Assembly (NCBI GenBank): GCA_040882355.1
Contig: JBBEBM010000047.1
Location: 1 to 64,000 of the forward strand
Source: Dehalococcoidia bacterium
GTDB lineage: Bacteria > Chloroflexota > Dehalococcoidia > DSTF01 > RBG-16-68-14
Direction of reading: 5' to 3'
Length of the DNA: 64,000 nt
Shown here: piece after piece, positions 27,905-38,018 of the stretch
Numbering within the stretch: the first letter of the stretch is position 1
How the letters are laid out: each line of letters starts with the position of its first letter
Program-made: the position numbers and the translations under genes
The notes under the pieces: generated by a model
The model's database searches: none
Told to the model about the DNA's origin: nothing
What the model saw: the letters and a program-made list of their open reading frames with translations, nothing else

Positions 27905-28672
27905 CTACGCCTTCGCGTCCGCCGCGGCCTGGACGATGGCGGCGAAGGCATCGGCGTCCAGGCTGGCACCGCCGACGAGGGCGCCGTCGATCTCCGGCTG
28001 CGCGACGAACTCAGCGATGTTCTCGGCCTTCACCGAGCCGCCGTACTGGATGCGCGTCTCCTGCGCGATCTGTTCGCCGAACAGGCCACTGAGGAGCGCC
28101 CGGATGGAGCCGACCGTCTCGTTCGCCTGCGCGCCCGTCGCGGCAAGGCCGGTGCCGATCGCCCAGACGGGCTCGTACGCCACGATGCAGTCGGCGGTCC
28201 AGGGCACGCCGGCGAGGCCCCACTGCATCTGGGTCTTGAGCACCTCCTGCGTGCGACCAGCGGCGCGCTCCTCCTTCGTCTCGCCGACGCAGAAGATCGG
28301 CGTTAGGCCGTAGGCCAGCGCCGCCTTGAGGCGGCTGTTCACAGTGGCGTCGGTCTCGCAGAAGTACTGGCGCCGCTCGGAGTGCCCGACGATGACGCAG
28401 TCGACCAGGCCGCGCAGCATGAGCGGGCTCACCTCGCCGGTAAAGGCGCCCTGCGGCTCCCAATGGACGTTCTGCGCGCCCAGGGCGATGCTGGAGCCTT
28501 CGAGCGCTGCCTTTGCGTCCCGCAGGAACGGGAAGGGCGGGCAGATCGCCTTGTCGACGCCTGCGATCCCGTCGATGCGCTCGCGCACGGCGCGGCAGAG
28601 CGCGACGCACTCATCGGCGGTCGTGTACATCTTCCAGTTGCCCGCGATTACAGGGGTTCGAGTGTCTGTCAT
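27905..28672 (-). CDS. tpiA: Triose-phosphate isomerase
   Basis: AGNWKM, GHSERR, AYEPVWAIGTG, YGGSV, LVGGASL. Confidence 0.98.
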   Translation of the reverse strand: MTDTRTPVIAGNWKMYTTADECVALCRAVRERIDGIAGVDKAICPPFPFLRDAKAALEGSSIALGAQNVHWEPQGAFTGEVSPLMLRGLVDCVIVGHSERRQYFCETDATVNSRLKAALAYGLTPIFCVGETKEERAAGRTQEVLKTQMQWGLAGVPWTADCIVAYEPVWAIGTGLAATGAQANETVGSIRALLSGLFGEQIAQETRIQYGGSVKAENIAEFVAQPEIDGALVGGASLDADAFAAIVQAAADAKA

Positions 28673-28673
28673 G

Positions 28674-29885
28674 CTACGCTCCGTATTTCGTGAGGCGGCC
28701 CGCGTGCGCCATCGCTAGCGGCATCACCTCGCTCGCCGGGAAGATGCCGAAGGAGCCGCGCAGGCAGGCGGTCTCGCTGAAGCCGTCCGTCTCGTCTTTG
28801 CGTGTGTTCTTGCCGTGGAGGAGAAAGGGCACAGGGTGCCAGCTATGGCCCGCCATCACCGCTGGCGTCGAATGGTCGCCGGCAATCATCAGCACGTCGG
28901 GCTTGAGGTCATGCAGCCTGAGCACTGCTTGATCGAATGCCTCGATCGCATCGACCTTGCGTTCGAAGTCACCGTCTTCGCCGGCGGCGTCGGCGGGCTT
29001 GTAGTGGATGAAGAAGAAGTCGAAGTCGTCCCAGTGCTTCCGCAGCGTCTCGATCTCGTCGTCGTAGGTCGTGCCGGTCGCGAGCACGGTCATGCCGACG
29101 AGCTTGGCCAGGCCGCGGTACATCGGGTAGATGGCGATGGCCGCCGCCCGCAGGCCGAAGACCTCCGGGAAGCGAGGGAAGTCGGGAACGCTCGCGAAGC
29201 CGCGCAGCGTCAGCCCGTTCGCGGGCGATGCGCCGTTCAGGGCAGCGCGCGACCCTCCGACGAAGCGCCGTTCGAGGTCGACCGTCGGTTCGGCCTCCGG
29301 AGCGAGGGCGCGCGGTTCGAGTGGCGTTGCTCCGATGCGCTGCGGGTCGGTGTCGGCGAGCTTGTCGGAGAGAGCGCTCGATCCGTTCGGCCGGAGCACG
29401 ACGACGAAGCGGTGCTCCTTCACCGGCTCGACGAAGAGCGCCGCGCCCGGCAGCTCGATCTCGCGCAAGCGCTCGCACAGCGCCGCGGACGCCTCGCTGG
29501 CGATACGACCCGCGCGCCGGTCGATGATCCGGCCCTCGGTGTCGAGCGTGCAGAAGTTGCCACGTGCTGCGACGTCGGACGGACGCAGGTCGAAGTCGAT
29601 GCCGAGCGCCTCGAGCACGCCGCGGCCGACCGTGTAGCGGAGCGGGTCGTAGCCGAAGAGGGCGAGGTGGCCGGGCCCACTGCCCGGCGTCACCCCGTGT
29701 GCGACGGGAACGGTCAGGCCGCAGGCGCTGTCGGCGGCGAGCCGGTCGAGCTGCGGGGTGTTGGCCGACTCGAGCTCGCTGCGGTCGGTCTCAGGGTGCG
29801 GAAGGCCGCCCAGCCCGTCGACGACGGCGAGGACGATCTTGGTGTCGCCGGGTATCGCCAGCTCACGAACGAGGTCGAGGTCCAT
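28674..29885 (-). CDS. apgM: 2,3-bisphosphoglycerate-independent phosphoglycerate mutase (ApgM type)
   Basis: DGLGGLP, PGSGPGHLALFGYDP, GRGVLEA, DRRAGRI, GDHSTP..HSWHPVP. Confidence 0.93.
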   Translation of the reverse strand: MDLDLVRELAIPGDTKIVLAVVDGLGGLPHPETDRSELESANTPQLDRLAADSACGLTVPVAHGVTPGSGPGHLALFGYDPLRYTVGRGVLEALGIDFDLRPSDVAARGNFCTLDTEGRIIDRRAGRIASEASAALCERLREIELPGAALFVEPVKEHRFVVVLRPNGSSALSDKLADTDPQRIGATPLEPRALAPEAEPTVDLERRFVGGSRAALNGASPANGLTLRGFASVPDFPRFPEVFGLRAAAIAIYPMYRGLAKLVGMTVLATGTTYDDEIETLRKHWDDFDFFFIHYKPADAAGEDGDFERKVDAIEAFDQAVLRLHDLKPDVLMIAGDHSTPAVMAGHSWHPVPFLLHGKNTRKDETDGFSETACLRGSFGIFPASEVMPLAMAHAGRLTKYGA

Positions 29886-29893
29886 CGATTGCG

Positions 29894-30127
29894 CTACGCC
29901 ACGTCGGCCAGGTCGTAGACGGGGACCGCCGCCTTTCGTTTCGGCGCCGGTTGCTTCCACACGATCTGCTGGATCTTGTCGACGACCTCAGGCCGAAGCA
30001 CCTGCTCACTGCACTGCGTACAGACATGCGCAGGGACGTTTTCGATGATCACGACCATCCGTTTGTAATCCTGCACGTATCGAATAAGGCGCTCCTCGAA
30101 GTCGCCCTTGCACACATGGCATCTCAT
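29894..30127 (-). CDS. YgiT-type zinc finger protein (MqsA-like antitoxin)
   Basis: MRCHVC..IIENVPAHVCTQCSE; TGATG overlap with the upstream gene. Confidence 0.85.
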   Translation of the reverse strand: MRCHVCKGDFEERLIRYVQDYKRMVVIIENVPAHVCTQCSEQVLRPEVVDKIQQIVWKQPAPKRKAAVPVYDLADVA

Positions 30128-30444
30128 CAGGTTGCTCTCCTTCTCCAGTTTACCCATTTGCCCGCGTCGGGAACATAGACCGTCATGACTGCCACGTCAG
30201 GTGGAATGTGACACTACAACATGAAGTGCCCCGCCGCCTTTCCAGCCTACGGTGAGGCAGCTTGCTCCCCTGAGATCGTCTGGATAGTCCTCAATGATCT
30301 CAGGCTCTGGGCTAAGGATCGCATTGAGGATATCCACTCTCGCGACGTCATCTGCGGTCGCTTCGTGTGCCGCATGGACTGTGATGCGGTAACGGCCCTC
30401 TCTAAAGGCCGTCTGGACGCTTCGAGAAGACCCCGCTCAGCCAT
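30127..30444 (-). pseudogene. DUF4258-type toxin, interrupted by two 1-nt frameshifts (~30419 and ~30212)
   Basis: Reconstructed [24 protein letters not shown]...EIIEDYPDDLRGASCL..G..LHVVV/HIPPDVAVMTVYVPDAGKWVNWRRR. Confidence 0.8.
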
Positions 30445-31630
30445 CTGCCCTTTCCAGCAGGGCAGCGACACCGGGCAGCTCGCGGCCTTCGAGGAACTCG
30501 AGGAAGGCGCCGCCGCCGGTCGAGATGTGGTCGAACTTCCCGGCGAGGCCGCTCTCTTCGACCAGGGCGGCCGTCTCGCCGCCGCCGACGATCGTGACGG
30601 CGTCGAACCCGGCCAGTGCGCGGGCGAGCGCCTCCGAGCCCTTCGCGAAGGGCGCCATCTCGATCACGCCGAGCGGGCCGTTCCACACGATCGTTTTGCA
30701 GGGCGCGAGGGCCTTCTCGTAGGCGTCGACGGAGCGCGGGCCGACGTCGAGGATGCGCCAGCCATCGGGCACCTGATCGACCTCGACGACGCGCGTCTCG
30801 GCGTCGGCGGCAAAGCGGTCCGCGATGACGACGTCCGTTGGCAGGAGAAGGCGCAGGCCACGCTGTTCCGCCTCCCCCATGATCGCGCGGGCCGTGTCGA
30901 GCTGTTCGTCCTCAACGAGCGAGTCGCCGACGGCGAGGCCTTTCGCCTGGAGGAAGGTGTTCGCCATGCCGCCGCCGATCACGAGCACGTCCGTCTTGGA
31001 AAGCAGGTTGCGAAGCACGGCGATCTTGTCGCTCACCTTGGCGCCGCCGATGATCGCGCCGAGCGGGCGCTGCGGCTCCGCCACGATGCGCGCCAGGTAG
31101 TCGATCTCCTTCTCCATCAGCAGCCCTGCCACGGCCGGCAGGTGGTGCGCGACGCCCTCGGTCGAGGCGTGCGCGCGATGCGCGGTGCCGAACGCGTCGT
31201 TCACATAGATGTCGGCCAGCGACGCAAGCTGGCGAACGAACTCCGGGTCGTTCGCCTCCTCCTCCGGATGGAAGCGCAGGTTCTCCAGCAACAGCACGTC
31301 GCCGTCGTTCAGCTTCGCGACCGCTGCTTCGGCTTCGGGCCCGACGCAGTCGCGTGCATTTGCGACGGGCGCGCCCAGCAGCCCACCGAGGCGCTCAGCG
31401 ATCGGCGCAAGGCGCAACGAGTCGTTCACCTTGCCTTTCGGCCGCCCGAGGTGGGAGCAGAGGATGACGCGGGCGTTGTGCTCGCGCAGGTACCGGATGG
31501 TGGGAAGCGCTGAGCGGATGCGCAGGTCGTCGAGGATGCGGCCGGCGTCGTCGAACGGCACGTTGAAGTCCACGCGCACCAGGACGCGCTTGCCACGCGC
31601 GTCGATGTCACGGATCGTCTGCTTTCGCAT
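30437..31630 (-). CDS. pgk: Phosphoglycerate kinase
   Basis: [48 protein letters not shown]. Confidence 0.98.
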   Translation of the reverse strand: MRKQTIRDIDARGKRVLVRVDFNVPFDDAGRILDDLRIRSALPTIRYLREHNARVILCSHLGRPKGKVNDSLRLAPIAERLGGLLGAPVANARDCVGPEAEAAVAKLNDGDVLLLENLRFHPEEEANDPEFVRQLASLADIYVNDAFGTAHRAHASTEGVAHHLPAVAGLLMEKEIDYLARIVAEPQRPLGAIIGGAKVSDKIAVLRNLLSKTDVLVIGGGMANTFLQAKGLAVGDSLVEDEQLDTARAIMGEAEQRGLRLLLPTDVVIADRFAADAETRVVEVDQVPDGWRILDVGPRSVDAYEKALAPCKTIVWNGPLGVIEMAPFAKGSEALARALAGFDAVTIVGGGETAALVEESGLAGKFDHISTGGGAFLEFLEGRELPGVAALLERADG

Positions 31631-31646
31631 GTGGCTAGCAGCGACC

Positions 31647-32552
31647 TTATGCCTGCACGTCGCGTCGGTGGAACACCCAGAGGCTGAGCGCCAGCGCTCC
31701 GAATGCATAGACGGCGAGCACGACGGCAGCAGCCCACGGATCGCGCGTCGCGACGTCTTCGAAGGTTACCCCCACGAGCGCATCGACGTTGTGGCCAGGC
31801 AGATAGTCCGGCACATAGCGCAGCCAGGTCGTCGATCCCTGCATGACACCTGTTGCGATGCTGTCCCCGATCAGCAAGCCGAAGCCCGCGAAGGCTCCCG
31901 TGAGCGCCGAACGCCCGATGATCGCCGCGAGCGCCGTGACGACCAGGTAAGGAGTCACGCCGTACGCGGTGCGCCAGAAGTCGAAGAAGGCGTCCTCAAG
32001 GTAGGCGGCGTCGACGAAGCCGAGCTCCGCTCGGCCGTCACCGGCGGCGATGACGACGCTTGTTCCGACCCCCAGCGCCATCGCCAGCATCATGCCCGCA
32101 ACGATCATCATGCCGAGCGCCGCCAGCTTAGCGCCCAGGTACTTCGTCCGGCTCTCCACGCAGGTAAGGAAGGGCCGCAGCGTACCCCAGCTATACTCGC
32201 TGCCGAGCGCGGCCGCGGTCAGGACGATGCCGAAGAGCACCGCGATCCAGCGCACTATTGCCAGGTTGTCGTCGAAGGTCGTTTCCAGGAACTCGTCAAG
32301 GAGTGCGGCGTCTTCTCTTGGACTGCGCTGGGCCTCCTCCGGCTGGATCACGATGAAGGTGCGCGTTTCGCCGTCTGGGCCGACCTCCTCCACCGGTACG
32401 GCCCCGGACGAGCCCTCGTCCGACGGCCGGGTCTGGTCGTGCCAGCGCGGGACCTGCACGAAAATGAAGAAGGCGACAACGAGCAGCGCGAGGATCTGCG
32501 TCATCAGCCTCCTGCGCAGTTTGAACAGTTCGACGAAAACGAGCCTACTCAT
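31647..32552 (-). CDS. ABC-2 type transporter permease
   Basis: [24 protein letters not shown]; 6 TM. Confidence 0.88.
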   Translation of the reverse strand: MSRLVFVELFKLRRRLMTQILALLVVAFFIFVQVPRWHDQTRPSDEGSSGAVPVEEVGPDGETRTFIVIQPEEAQRSPREDAALLDEFLETTFDDNLAIVRWIAVLFGIVLTAAALGSEYSWGTLRPFLTCVESRTKYLGAKLAALGMMIVAGMMLAMALGVGTSVVIAAGDGRAELGFVDAAYLEDAFFDFWRTAYGVTPYLVVTALAAIIGRSALTGAFAGFGLLIGDSIATGVMQGSTTWLRYVPDYLPGHNVDALVGVTFEDVATRDPWAAAVVLAVYAFGALALSLWVFHRRDVQA

Positions 32553-33504
32553 CGCTCTCCTCGGTCAGGTCCAGGAAGTACTCCTCCAGCGTGCTCTCCT
32601 CAGGCCGCAGCTCGGAGAGGAAGATGCCCCGCTCGGCGAGGAGGGCGTTGACGCGGGCCGCCGAATCGACCGGCGCTCGCACTCGCAGGTAGCCGTTCGA
32701 CTGCTCGACGGCGCCGAGCCACTCGACCTGCTCCAGGGCGCGCTGCAGCGCCGCCAGGTCGTCGGCTCGAAGGAGGAGCGAGCCGTCGCCGCGTAGCATC
32801 TCCTCGACAGCGCCCTGCGCGAGCAGCTCGCCGCGCTTGAGGATAGCGACGTGTGAGCACACCTGTTGCACCTCGTGCAGCAGGTGGCTCGCGAGCAGCA
32901 CGGTGCGCCCCTCGCGAGCCAGCGCGATGATCAGCTCACGCACCTCGCGCGTCCCGGCCGGATCGAGGCCGTTCGTCGGCTCGTCGAGGATGACAAAGTC
33001 CGGCTGGCGCACCAGCGTGAAGGCAATGCCGAGGCGTTGCTTCATTCCGAGTGAGTACGTCTTGTAGGCGCTCTTCGCCCGCTCTGTGAGGCCGACGCGG
33101 TCGATCGCGTCGTCGACGGCGCTCTCGGGCACGTCGCCGACGGCCCGCGCCATCAGCCGCAGGTTGTCACGGCCGGAAAGGTAAGGGTAGAACGCCGGCG
33201 ACTCGATGATCGCGCCGATGCGTCGGAGGCAGGCCCAACGGTGCTGCGCTAGCGGCAGCCCGAAGAGCTGTACCGAGCCGGCCGTCGGGCGCACCAGGTC
33301 CAGGACCATGCTGATCGTCGTGGTCTTGCCGGAGCCGTTCGGCCCCAGCAGTCCGAAAACCTGGCCCGGATGGATCTCCAGGTCGAGGCTCTTCACCGCC
33401 ACGATGGAGCCGTAGCGCTTGCTGAGGGATGATGTCCGGAGGACTGGGGCAGTTGTAGTAGGAGGCTCGGCTGTATCGATGGACGTTGCGGGTCCTGGTG
33501 GCAC
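32545..33504 (-). CDS. ABC transporter ATP-binding protein
   Basis: GPNGSGKTT, YSLGMKQRLG, ILDEPTNGLD, SHLL. Confidence 0.95.
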   Translation of the reverse strand: MPPGPATSIDTAEPPTTTAPVLRTSSLSKRYGSIVAVKSLDLEIHPGQVFGLLGPNGSGKTTTISMVLDLVRPTAGSVQLFGLPLAQHRWACLRRIGAIIESPAFYPYLSGRDNLRLMARAVGDVPESAVDDAIDRVGLTERAKSAYKTYSLGMKQRLGIAFTLVRQPDFVILDEPTNGLDPAGTREVRELIIALAREGRTVLLASHLLHEVQQVCSHVAILKRGELLAQGAVEEMLRGDGSLLLRADDLAALQRALEQVEWLGAVEQSNGYLRVRAPVDSAARVNALLAERGIFLSELRPEESTLEEYFLDLTEESDE

Positions 33505-33518
33505 AGGCGGCTCGCCTG

Positions 33519-34586
33519 CTAGGCGCGCCGCTGAGCGGCGAAGCGGGCGAGCTGCTCCAGTTCGGTCCGCCGGGCCGGCTCCAGCGTGAGCGGTCCGAGG
33601 CCGGCGATCGCCGCGTCGGCATGCTCCAGCGCGGCGCGCTCGCTCTCTTCTCGCGCGCCCAGGCGCGCGAGAAGGGCGCGGGCGCGGTGCACGCTGTCGA
33701 GGTCAAGCCGCTCGTCACCGACGACGCTGAGGAGGACCTGTCGCTCGTTCTGCGACGCGCGCTCGAAGCCGACGACCACGGGATACGATTTCTTGCCACC
33801 GCGCAGATCATCGCCGGCGGGCTTGCCGGTCTCTTCAGTGTCGCCCCAGATACCCAGGACATCGTCGCGGATCTGGAAGGCGAGTCCCAATCGCCTGCCG
33901 AACTCCTGTAGCGCATCGACCGCCGCCGGACCGCCGCCACCTAGCAGCGCGCCGAGCCCGCCGGATGCGGCGAGAAGCGCGGCGGTCTTCCCTTCGATCA
34001 TCGACAGGTAGTCCTGGCGGGTAATGATGCGCTCCTCGGCGTACTCCAGGTCACGCTGTTGACCTTCGCACAGCCGGAGCGACGCGTCGTCGAGGATCCG
34101 CACGGCCTGGAGCAGCTCTTGCTGCGAGTAGCCGCGGTCGCTGAGCCGGAGCAGGGTCCGGTGAGCGAGCGCGAACATGCCGTCGCCGACGTTGATCGCC
34201 TGCGCCTCGCCCCAGAGACTCCAGAGGGTCTCGCGCCCGTGGCGCTGGAGGCTGGCGTCCTCGACATCGTCGTGGATCAGCGAGAAGTTGTGGAGCAGCT
34301 CGAGCGATGCTGCGGCGGGCAACGCCCGCCGTGCATCACCGCGGACGGCTTCGCAGCACTGCAGGCAGAGCGCTGGCCGGAGGAGCTTGCCGCTGCGCCC
34401 TTCGATGGGCCGGCCCTGCCGGTCCTCCCAGCCCAGGTGGTAGCGCATGAGGGTGTAGGGCGTGACGTTGCGTCCTGCCAGCGCGGCGCGTAGCTCGCCC
34501 ACGATCGCCGGTCGGTACCGATCGATGATAAGCGCCACGCTGGACTCTTCTGGGGAGGAGGCTGAGCGGTCGTCCTGCGAGATCAT
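33519..34586 (-). CDS. Polyprenyl synthetase (GGPP synthase type)
   Basis: GKLLRP, HNFSLIHDDVED, GQQRD, KTAALL, FQIRDD, TGKP.GDDL..GKK. Confidence 0.93.
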   Translation of the reverse strand: MISQDDRSASSPEESSVALIIDRYRPAIVGELRAALAGRNVTPYTLMRYHLGWEDRQGRPIEGRSGKLLRPALCLQCCEAVRGDARRALPAAASLELLHNFSLIHDDVEDASLQRHGRETLWSLWGEAQAINVGDGMFALAHRTLLRLSDRGYSQQELLQAVRILDDASLRLCEGQQRDLEYAEERIITRQDYLSMIEGKTAALLAASGGLGALLGGGGPAAVDALQEFGRRLGLAFQIRDDVLGIWGDTEETGKPAGDDLRGGKKSYPVVVGFERASQNERQVLLSVVGDERLDLDSVHRARALLARLGAREESERAALEHADAAIAGLGPLTLEPARRTELEQLARFAAQRRA

Positions 34587-34610
34587 GGTGGTTAGGAGGA
34601 CCCCCTCGGC

Positions 34611-35066
34611 TCAGCCGACCGGCTCGCGGCGCTCTTCCAGCGCCCGGATCTTGTCGACGCGGCGAGTGTGACGCCCACCGAGGAACTCGCCCGAGAGAAA
34701 CGCTTCCAGCACCTCACGCGCGACGCCTTCGCCGATGCACCAGCCGCCCATGCAAAGGACGTTTGCGTCGGTGTGCTCGCGGGCGCGGCGGGCAGAGAAC
34801 GTGTCGTGGCAGAGTGCGGCCCGGACATCAGGCACCTTGTTGGCCGTGACGCTGACCCCGACGCCGTTGCTGCAAACGAGGACGCCCAGATCGTGCCGGC
34901 CCGCGGCCACCGCTTCGGCGAGGGGACGGGCGATGTCCGGGTAGTCGACGGAGGTCTCGTTGGGGCAGCCGTAGTCGACGACATCGTGGCCGAGCGAGGC
35001 TCCGTGCTCCTTGAGGAGCTCCTTGAGCCGAAAACCGGCGTGATCGCTGCCAATCGCGATGCGCAT
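34611..35066 (-). CDS. rpiB: Ribose-5-phosphate isomerase B
   Basis: IGSDHAG, VDYPD, CSNGVG, ANKV, GGRH.RR. Confidence 0.95.
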   Translation of the reverse strand: MRIAIGSDHAGFRLKELLKEHGASLGHDVVDYGCPNETSVDYPDIARPLAEAVAAGRHDLGVLVCSNGVGVSVTANKVPDVRAALCHDTFSARRAREHTDANVLCMGGWCIGEGVAREVLEAFLSGEFLGGRHTRRVDKIRALEERREPVG

Positions 35067-35137
35067 CTCGCTTCTATTCTACACCCAGGCTCCCCTCTCG
35101 CCTAGCAGGGTAGGCCGGGATGCTAGAATGAACTCGC

Positions 35138-36538
35138 ATGAGCCCTTTGCGCCGGCGAGCATTGATCCGGATGGCCCTCCCGCTGCTTCTGCTGGGGGCC
35201 ACGGTGCTTATTGCTTCGGATAGCCTGGCCGTCACCGTGAACGACATCGACGGTGATGGCTGCAGTGACGGCGAGGAGATCGGCCCGTACAAGCACTTTG
35301 GCGGGCTGCGACACCCGGCGAACCCCTGGGACTTCTTCGACGTGCCGACGGGCGTCACCCTGGCGCGCGATGGCATCGTCGCCATCGACGACCTGGCCCA
35401 GGTCGTGGCGCGCTTCGGCAGCAACGACGCCGGCGCGGGGGACTTCACGCGGGCCAGCGATCCCCACTCGATGCCGAACCTGCCCGTGATGCCCACGGGC
35501 ACCCGGGCGAACTACCACCCGTCATACGATAGGAGCGCCGCGGCGGTGGGCGGTGAGGTCTGGCAGCTCCAGGGACCAAACGGCGCGGTCGACATCGGCG
35601 ACATCGCGCGGGCGGCGACGCAGTTTGGCGACCGCTGCACGGGGCCCCAGATCGAGGGCACGTGGAGCACCGGCGCGCCGATGCCGACCGCCCGGACCGA
35701 GGTCACGGGCGCCACGCTGGACGGCACCATCTACGTTGTCGGAGGGTTCATCTCCAACGGAACGCACGTCGCGCTCGTCGAGGCCTATGACACTGCGAAC
35801 AACACGTGGCTGAATCCGTCTCCGGCGCCGCTGCCCCAGGCTATCGACCACGCGGGCGCAGCGGTCGTAAACGGCAAGCTCTACGTCGTTGGAGGCTACA
35901 GCGTCTTCCCGAGCATGATCTCAGCCGACACGTATGAGTACGATCCCGTCGCGAACGACTGGACGCCGCGCGCCCTGATGCCTCTGGCCCGCGCGGGCGC
36001 CGCAACTGTCGAGCTGGGCGGCAAGATCTACGTGATGGGCGGCGTCGGGCCTCAGGCGACGGTGCCGCTCGTCTACGACCCGGCGACCAACATATGGTCG
36101 CAGCTCGCGCCGATGAGCGCCGCCCGCGAGCACCTGACCGCGGCCGCGGTCGGAGGCCGGATCTATGTGATCGGCGGGCGCCAGAACGTCGTCCAGAACG
36201 TGAACACGGCGGAGGTCTACGACCCGATGACCAACACCTGGGCGCCGGCGTTGACCGTACTGCCCACCGCCCGGGGCGGGCTGGCCTCGGCGGTGCTCAA
36301 CGGTCGAGTCCACGTCGTGGGCGGTGAGAACCTGGCGTCCGGCGGCGGCACGTATCCCCAGCACGAGGCGTACGACATCGGCGCGAACTGGTGGATACCG
36401 TCACTGCCTATGGTCACGCCGCGTCACGGGCTGCTCGCGCAGGCGGTCGGCGGGAAGCTGTACGTGATAGGCGGAGGCCCCGCGCCGAACCTCTCGGTGA
36501 GCAATCTGGTCGAAATCTTCGCGCTGAAGCCGGAGTAG
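35138..36538 (+). CDS. Secreted protein: N-terminal 'flexitail'-type module + Kelch beta-propeller
   Basis: Signal peptide; DIDGDGC..GGLRHPANPWDFFD..QFGDRC; six Kelch repeats (IYVVGG..YDP..W). Confidence 0.85.
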   Translation: MSPLRRRALIRMALPLLLLGATVLIASDSLAVTVNDIDGDGCSDGEEIGPYKHFGGLRHPANPWDFFDVPTGVTLARDGIVAIDDLAQVVARFGSNDAGAGDFTRASDPHSMPNLPVMPTGTRANYHPSYDRSAAAVGGEVWQLQGPNGAVDIGDIARAATQFGDRCTGPQIEGTWSTGAPMPTARTEVTGATLDGTIYVVGGFISNGTHVALVEAYDTANNTWLNPSPAPLPQAIDHAGAAVVNGKLYVVGGYSVFPSMISADTYEYDPVANDWTPRALMPLARAGAATVELGGKIYVMGGVGPQATVPLVYDPATNIWSQLAPMSAAREHLTAAAVGGRIYVIGGRQNVVQNVNTAEVYDPMTNTWAPALTVLPTARGGLASAVLNGRVHVVGGENLASGGGTYPQHEAYDIGANWWIPSLPMVTPRHGLLAQAVGGKLYVIGGGPAPNLSVSNLVEIFALKPE

Positions 36539-36672
36539 CCGATCGGGCCAGGTTCATCCCCAATTCGCGCCGCCCTTTAGGATTGGCCCGCTTCAGCCGA
36601 TGCTACAAGCGGAACCACTGATTGGGGATCGCCCCTCTGAGCAAGAACCTGATGCCAACTGCGGAGCCACAG

Positions 36673-36933
36673 ATGATGTCCAAGCACATGGTGATCTACG
36701 TCGGACGTTCCTCAGTCTTCACCGACCGTCACTTCACGGAGAAGCTGCACAACACGCTGCGCACGCACGAGGAGCACGGCTGGGAGCTGGTGAGCACGGC
36801 GGCGCGCTCCGGGCCGCTGGGTGACGTGAGCGGCCTCTGGCTCTTCTTCCGCCGTTCGGCGGAAATGGGCGCCGGCGAGGTCGAGCCGATCGTAGACGTC
36901 GAGGAGCCGGTCGTGACGGAGAAGGTCGCCTAA
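36673..36933 (+). CDS. Small hypothetical protein (DUF4177-like)
   Basis: GWELVS...LFFRR motif; GGAG RBS. Confidence 0.65.
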   Translation: MMSKHMVIYVGRSSVFTDRHFTEKLHNTLRTHEEHGWELVSTAARSGPLGDVSGLWLFFRRSAEMGAGEVEPIVDVEEPVVTEKVA

Positions 36934-36960
36934 CGCCCGGCTGTCTGTCGCAAGAACGCT

Positions 36961-36993
36961 ACACCGGCGTCTGCCAGGGCGCCGGTGTTTCTT
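36961..36993 (+). terminator. Rho-independent terminator
   Basis: ACACCGGCGTCT...GGGCGCCGGTGT followed by TTCTTT. Confidence 0.6.
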
Positions 36994-37011
36994 TGCCGGG
37001 GTTGCGCGGCC

Positions 37012-37383
37012 CTACGCTGGCTCGCTCATGAACTCGATGCGGTTGCCGAACGGGTCGCGGCAGAAGAAGCGCTCGCGCCCGGTGAGCGGCTGCGCCTCGA
37101 TGATCTCGATACCGTTCGCCAGCAGGTGCGCCCGCATGGCGGCGACGTCGTCGACGATGAGCGCCGGATGGCGGTCGGAGTTGTCGGGCGGGGCGCCGTC
37201 GCGGCACTGGATGTGCAGCTCCAGATCGCCCACCTGGTACCAGATGCCGGGCCGGCCGGGCTCGGCGGCGGGGCGCTCCCGCTCCGCCAGTCCGAGCAGC
37301 CCGCCGTAGAACGCGCGCGCCCCTTCGATGCGCTCGGTCGGCACGGTGAGGGCGACGTGCTGGATGGCGAGGACTTTGGGCAT
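37012..37383 (-). CDS. VOC/glyoxalase family protein
   Basis: IQHVAL, ARAFYGGLLGL, HPALIVDD, RDPFGNRIEF. Confidence 0.9.
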   Translation of the reverse strand: MPKVLAIQHVALTVPTERIEGARAFYGGLLGLAERERPAAEPGRPGIWYQVGDLELHIQCRDGAPPDNSDRHPALIVDDVAAMRAHLLANGIEIIEAQPLTGRERFFCRDPFGNRIEFMSEPA

Positions 37384-37391
37384 TGACGCTC

Positions 37392-38018
37392 CTACTCGAA
37401 CCGGACGCCCGCCGCGCGTACCAACTCCTCGCGGGAGATGGCGCCTTCGCGGATGAGGCGCGGCGGGTCTGTGGTGCAGTCTACCACCGTCGAGGGCGAG
37501 CCGCCGGGGCAGCGCCCGCCGTCGATGACGAGGTCGACGCTGTCGCCGAGCTGCGCGCGCACGTCGTCTGCGGTGAGGGGCTCCGGCCCGCCGGCGATGT
37601 TCGCGCTGGTGCCCGTGATCGGCTCGCCCAGGAGGCGCACGAGCTCTCGTGGTACCGGGTGGTCGGGCACGCGCAGGCCGACCGTGTCGCCGACGACGGC
37701 CCGCGAGTGGAACGACGGCGCCTTCCGCAGGACGATCGTGAGCCCGCCGGGCCAGAATGCGCCGATCAGCTTTCGCGCCACATCGGGCACGTCGTCGACG
37801 ATGCGGGCGAGGTCGGCCGGCGAGGCGATGAGCAGCGGGGTCGACTGGTCAGGGCGGCGCCGCTTTACAGCGAAGAGCCGCTCGACTGCGGTGTCGTCCG
37901 AGGGCAGCGCGGCGAGGCCGTACACGGTGTCGGTCGGGTAGGCGACGAGGGCGCCGGCGCTCAGGACTTCGACTGCGCGCTGGATGAGGGCGGGGTCCAC
38001 CGAGGGTCCGGACATCAT
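37392..38018 (-). CDS. tsaC: L-threonylcarbamoyladenylate synthase (Sua5/YrdC)
   Basis: VAYPTDTVYGL, KRR, FWPGGLT, VGLRVPDH, TSANI, PSTVVD; AGGAGG RBS. Confidence 0.95.
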   Translation of the reverse strand: MMSGPSVDPALIQRAVEVLSAGALVAYPTDTVYGLAALPSDDTAVERLFAVKRRRPDQSTPLLIASPADLARIVDDVPDVARKLIGAFWPGGLTIVLRKAPSFHSRAVVGDTVGLRVPDHPVPRELVRLLGEPITGTSANIAGGPEPLTADDVRAQLGDSVDLVIDGGRCPGGSPSTVVDCTTDPPRLIREGAISREELVRAAGVRFE

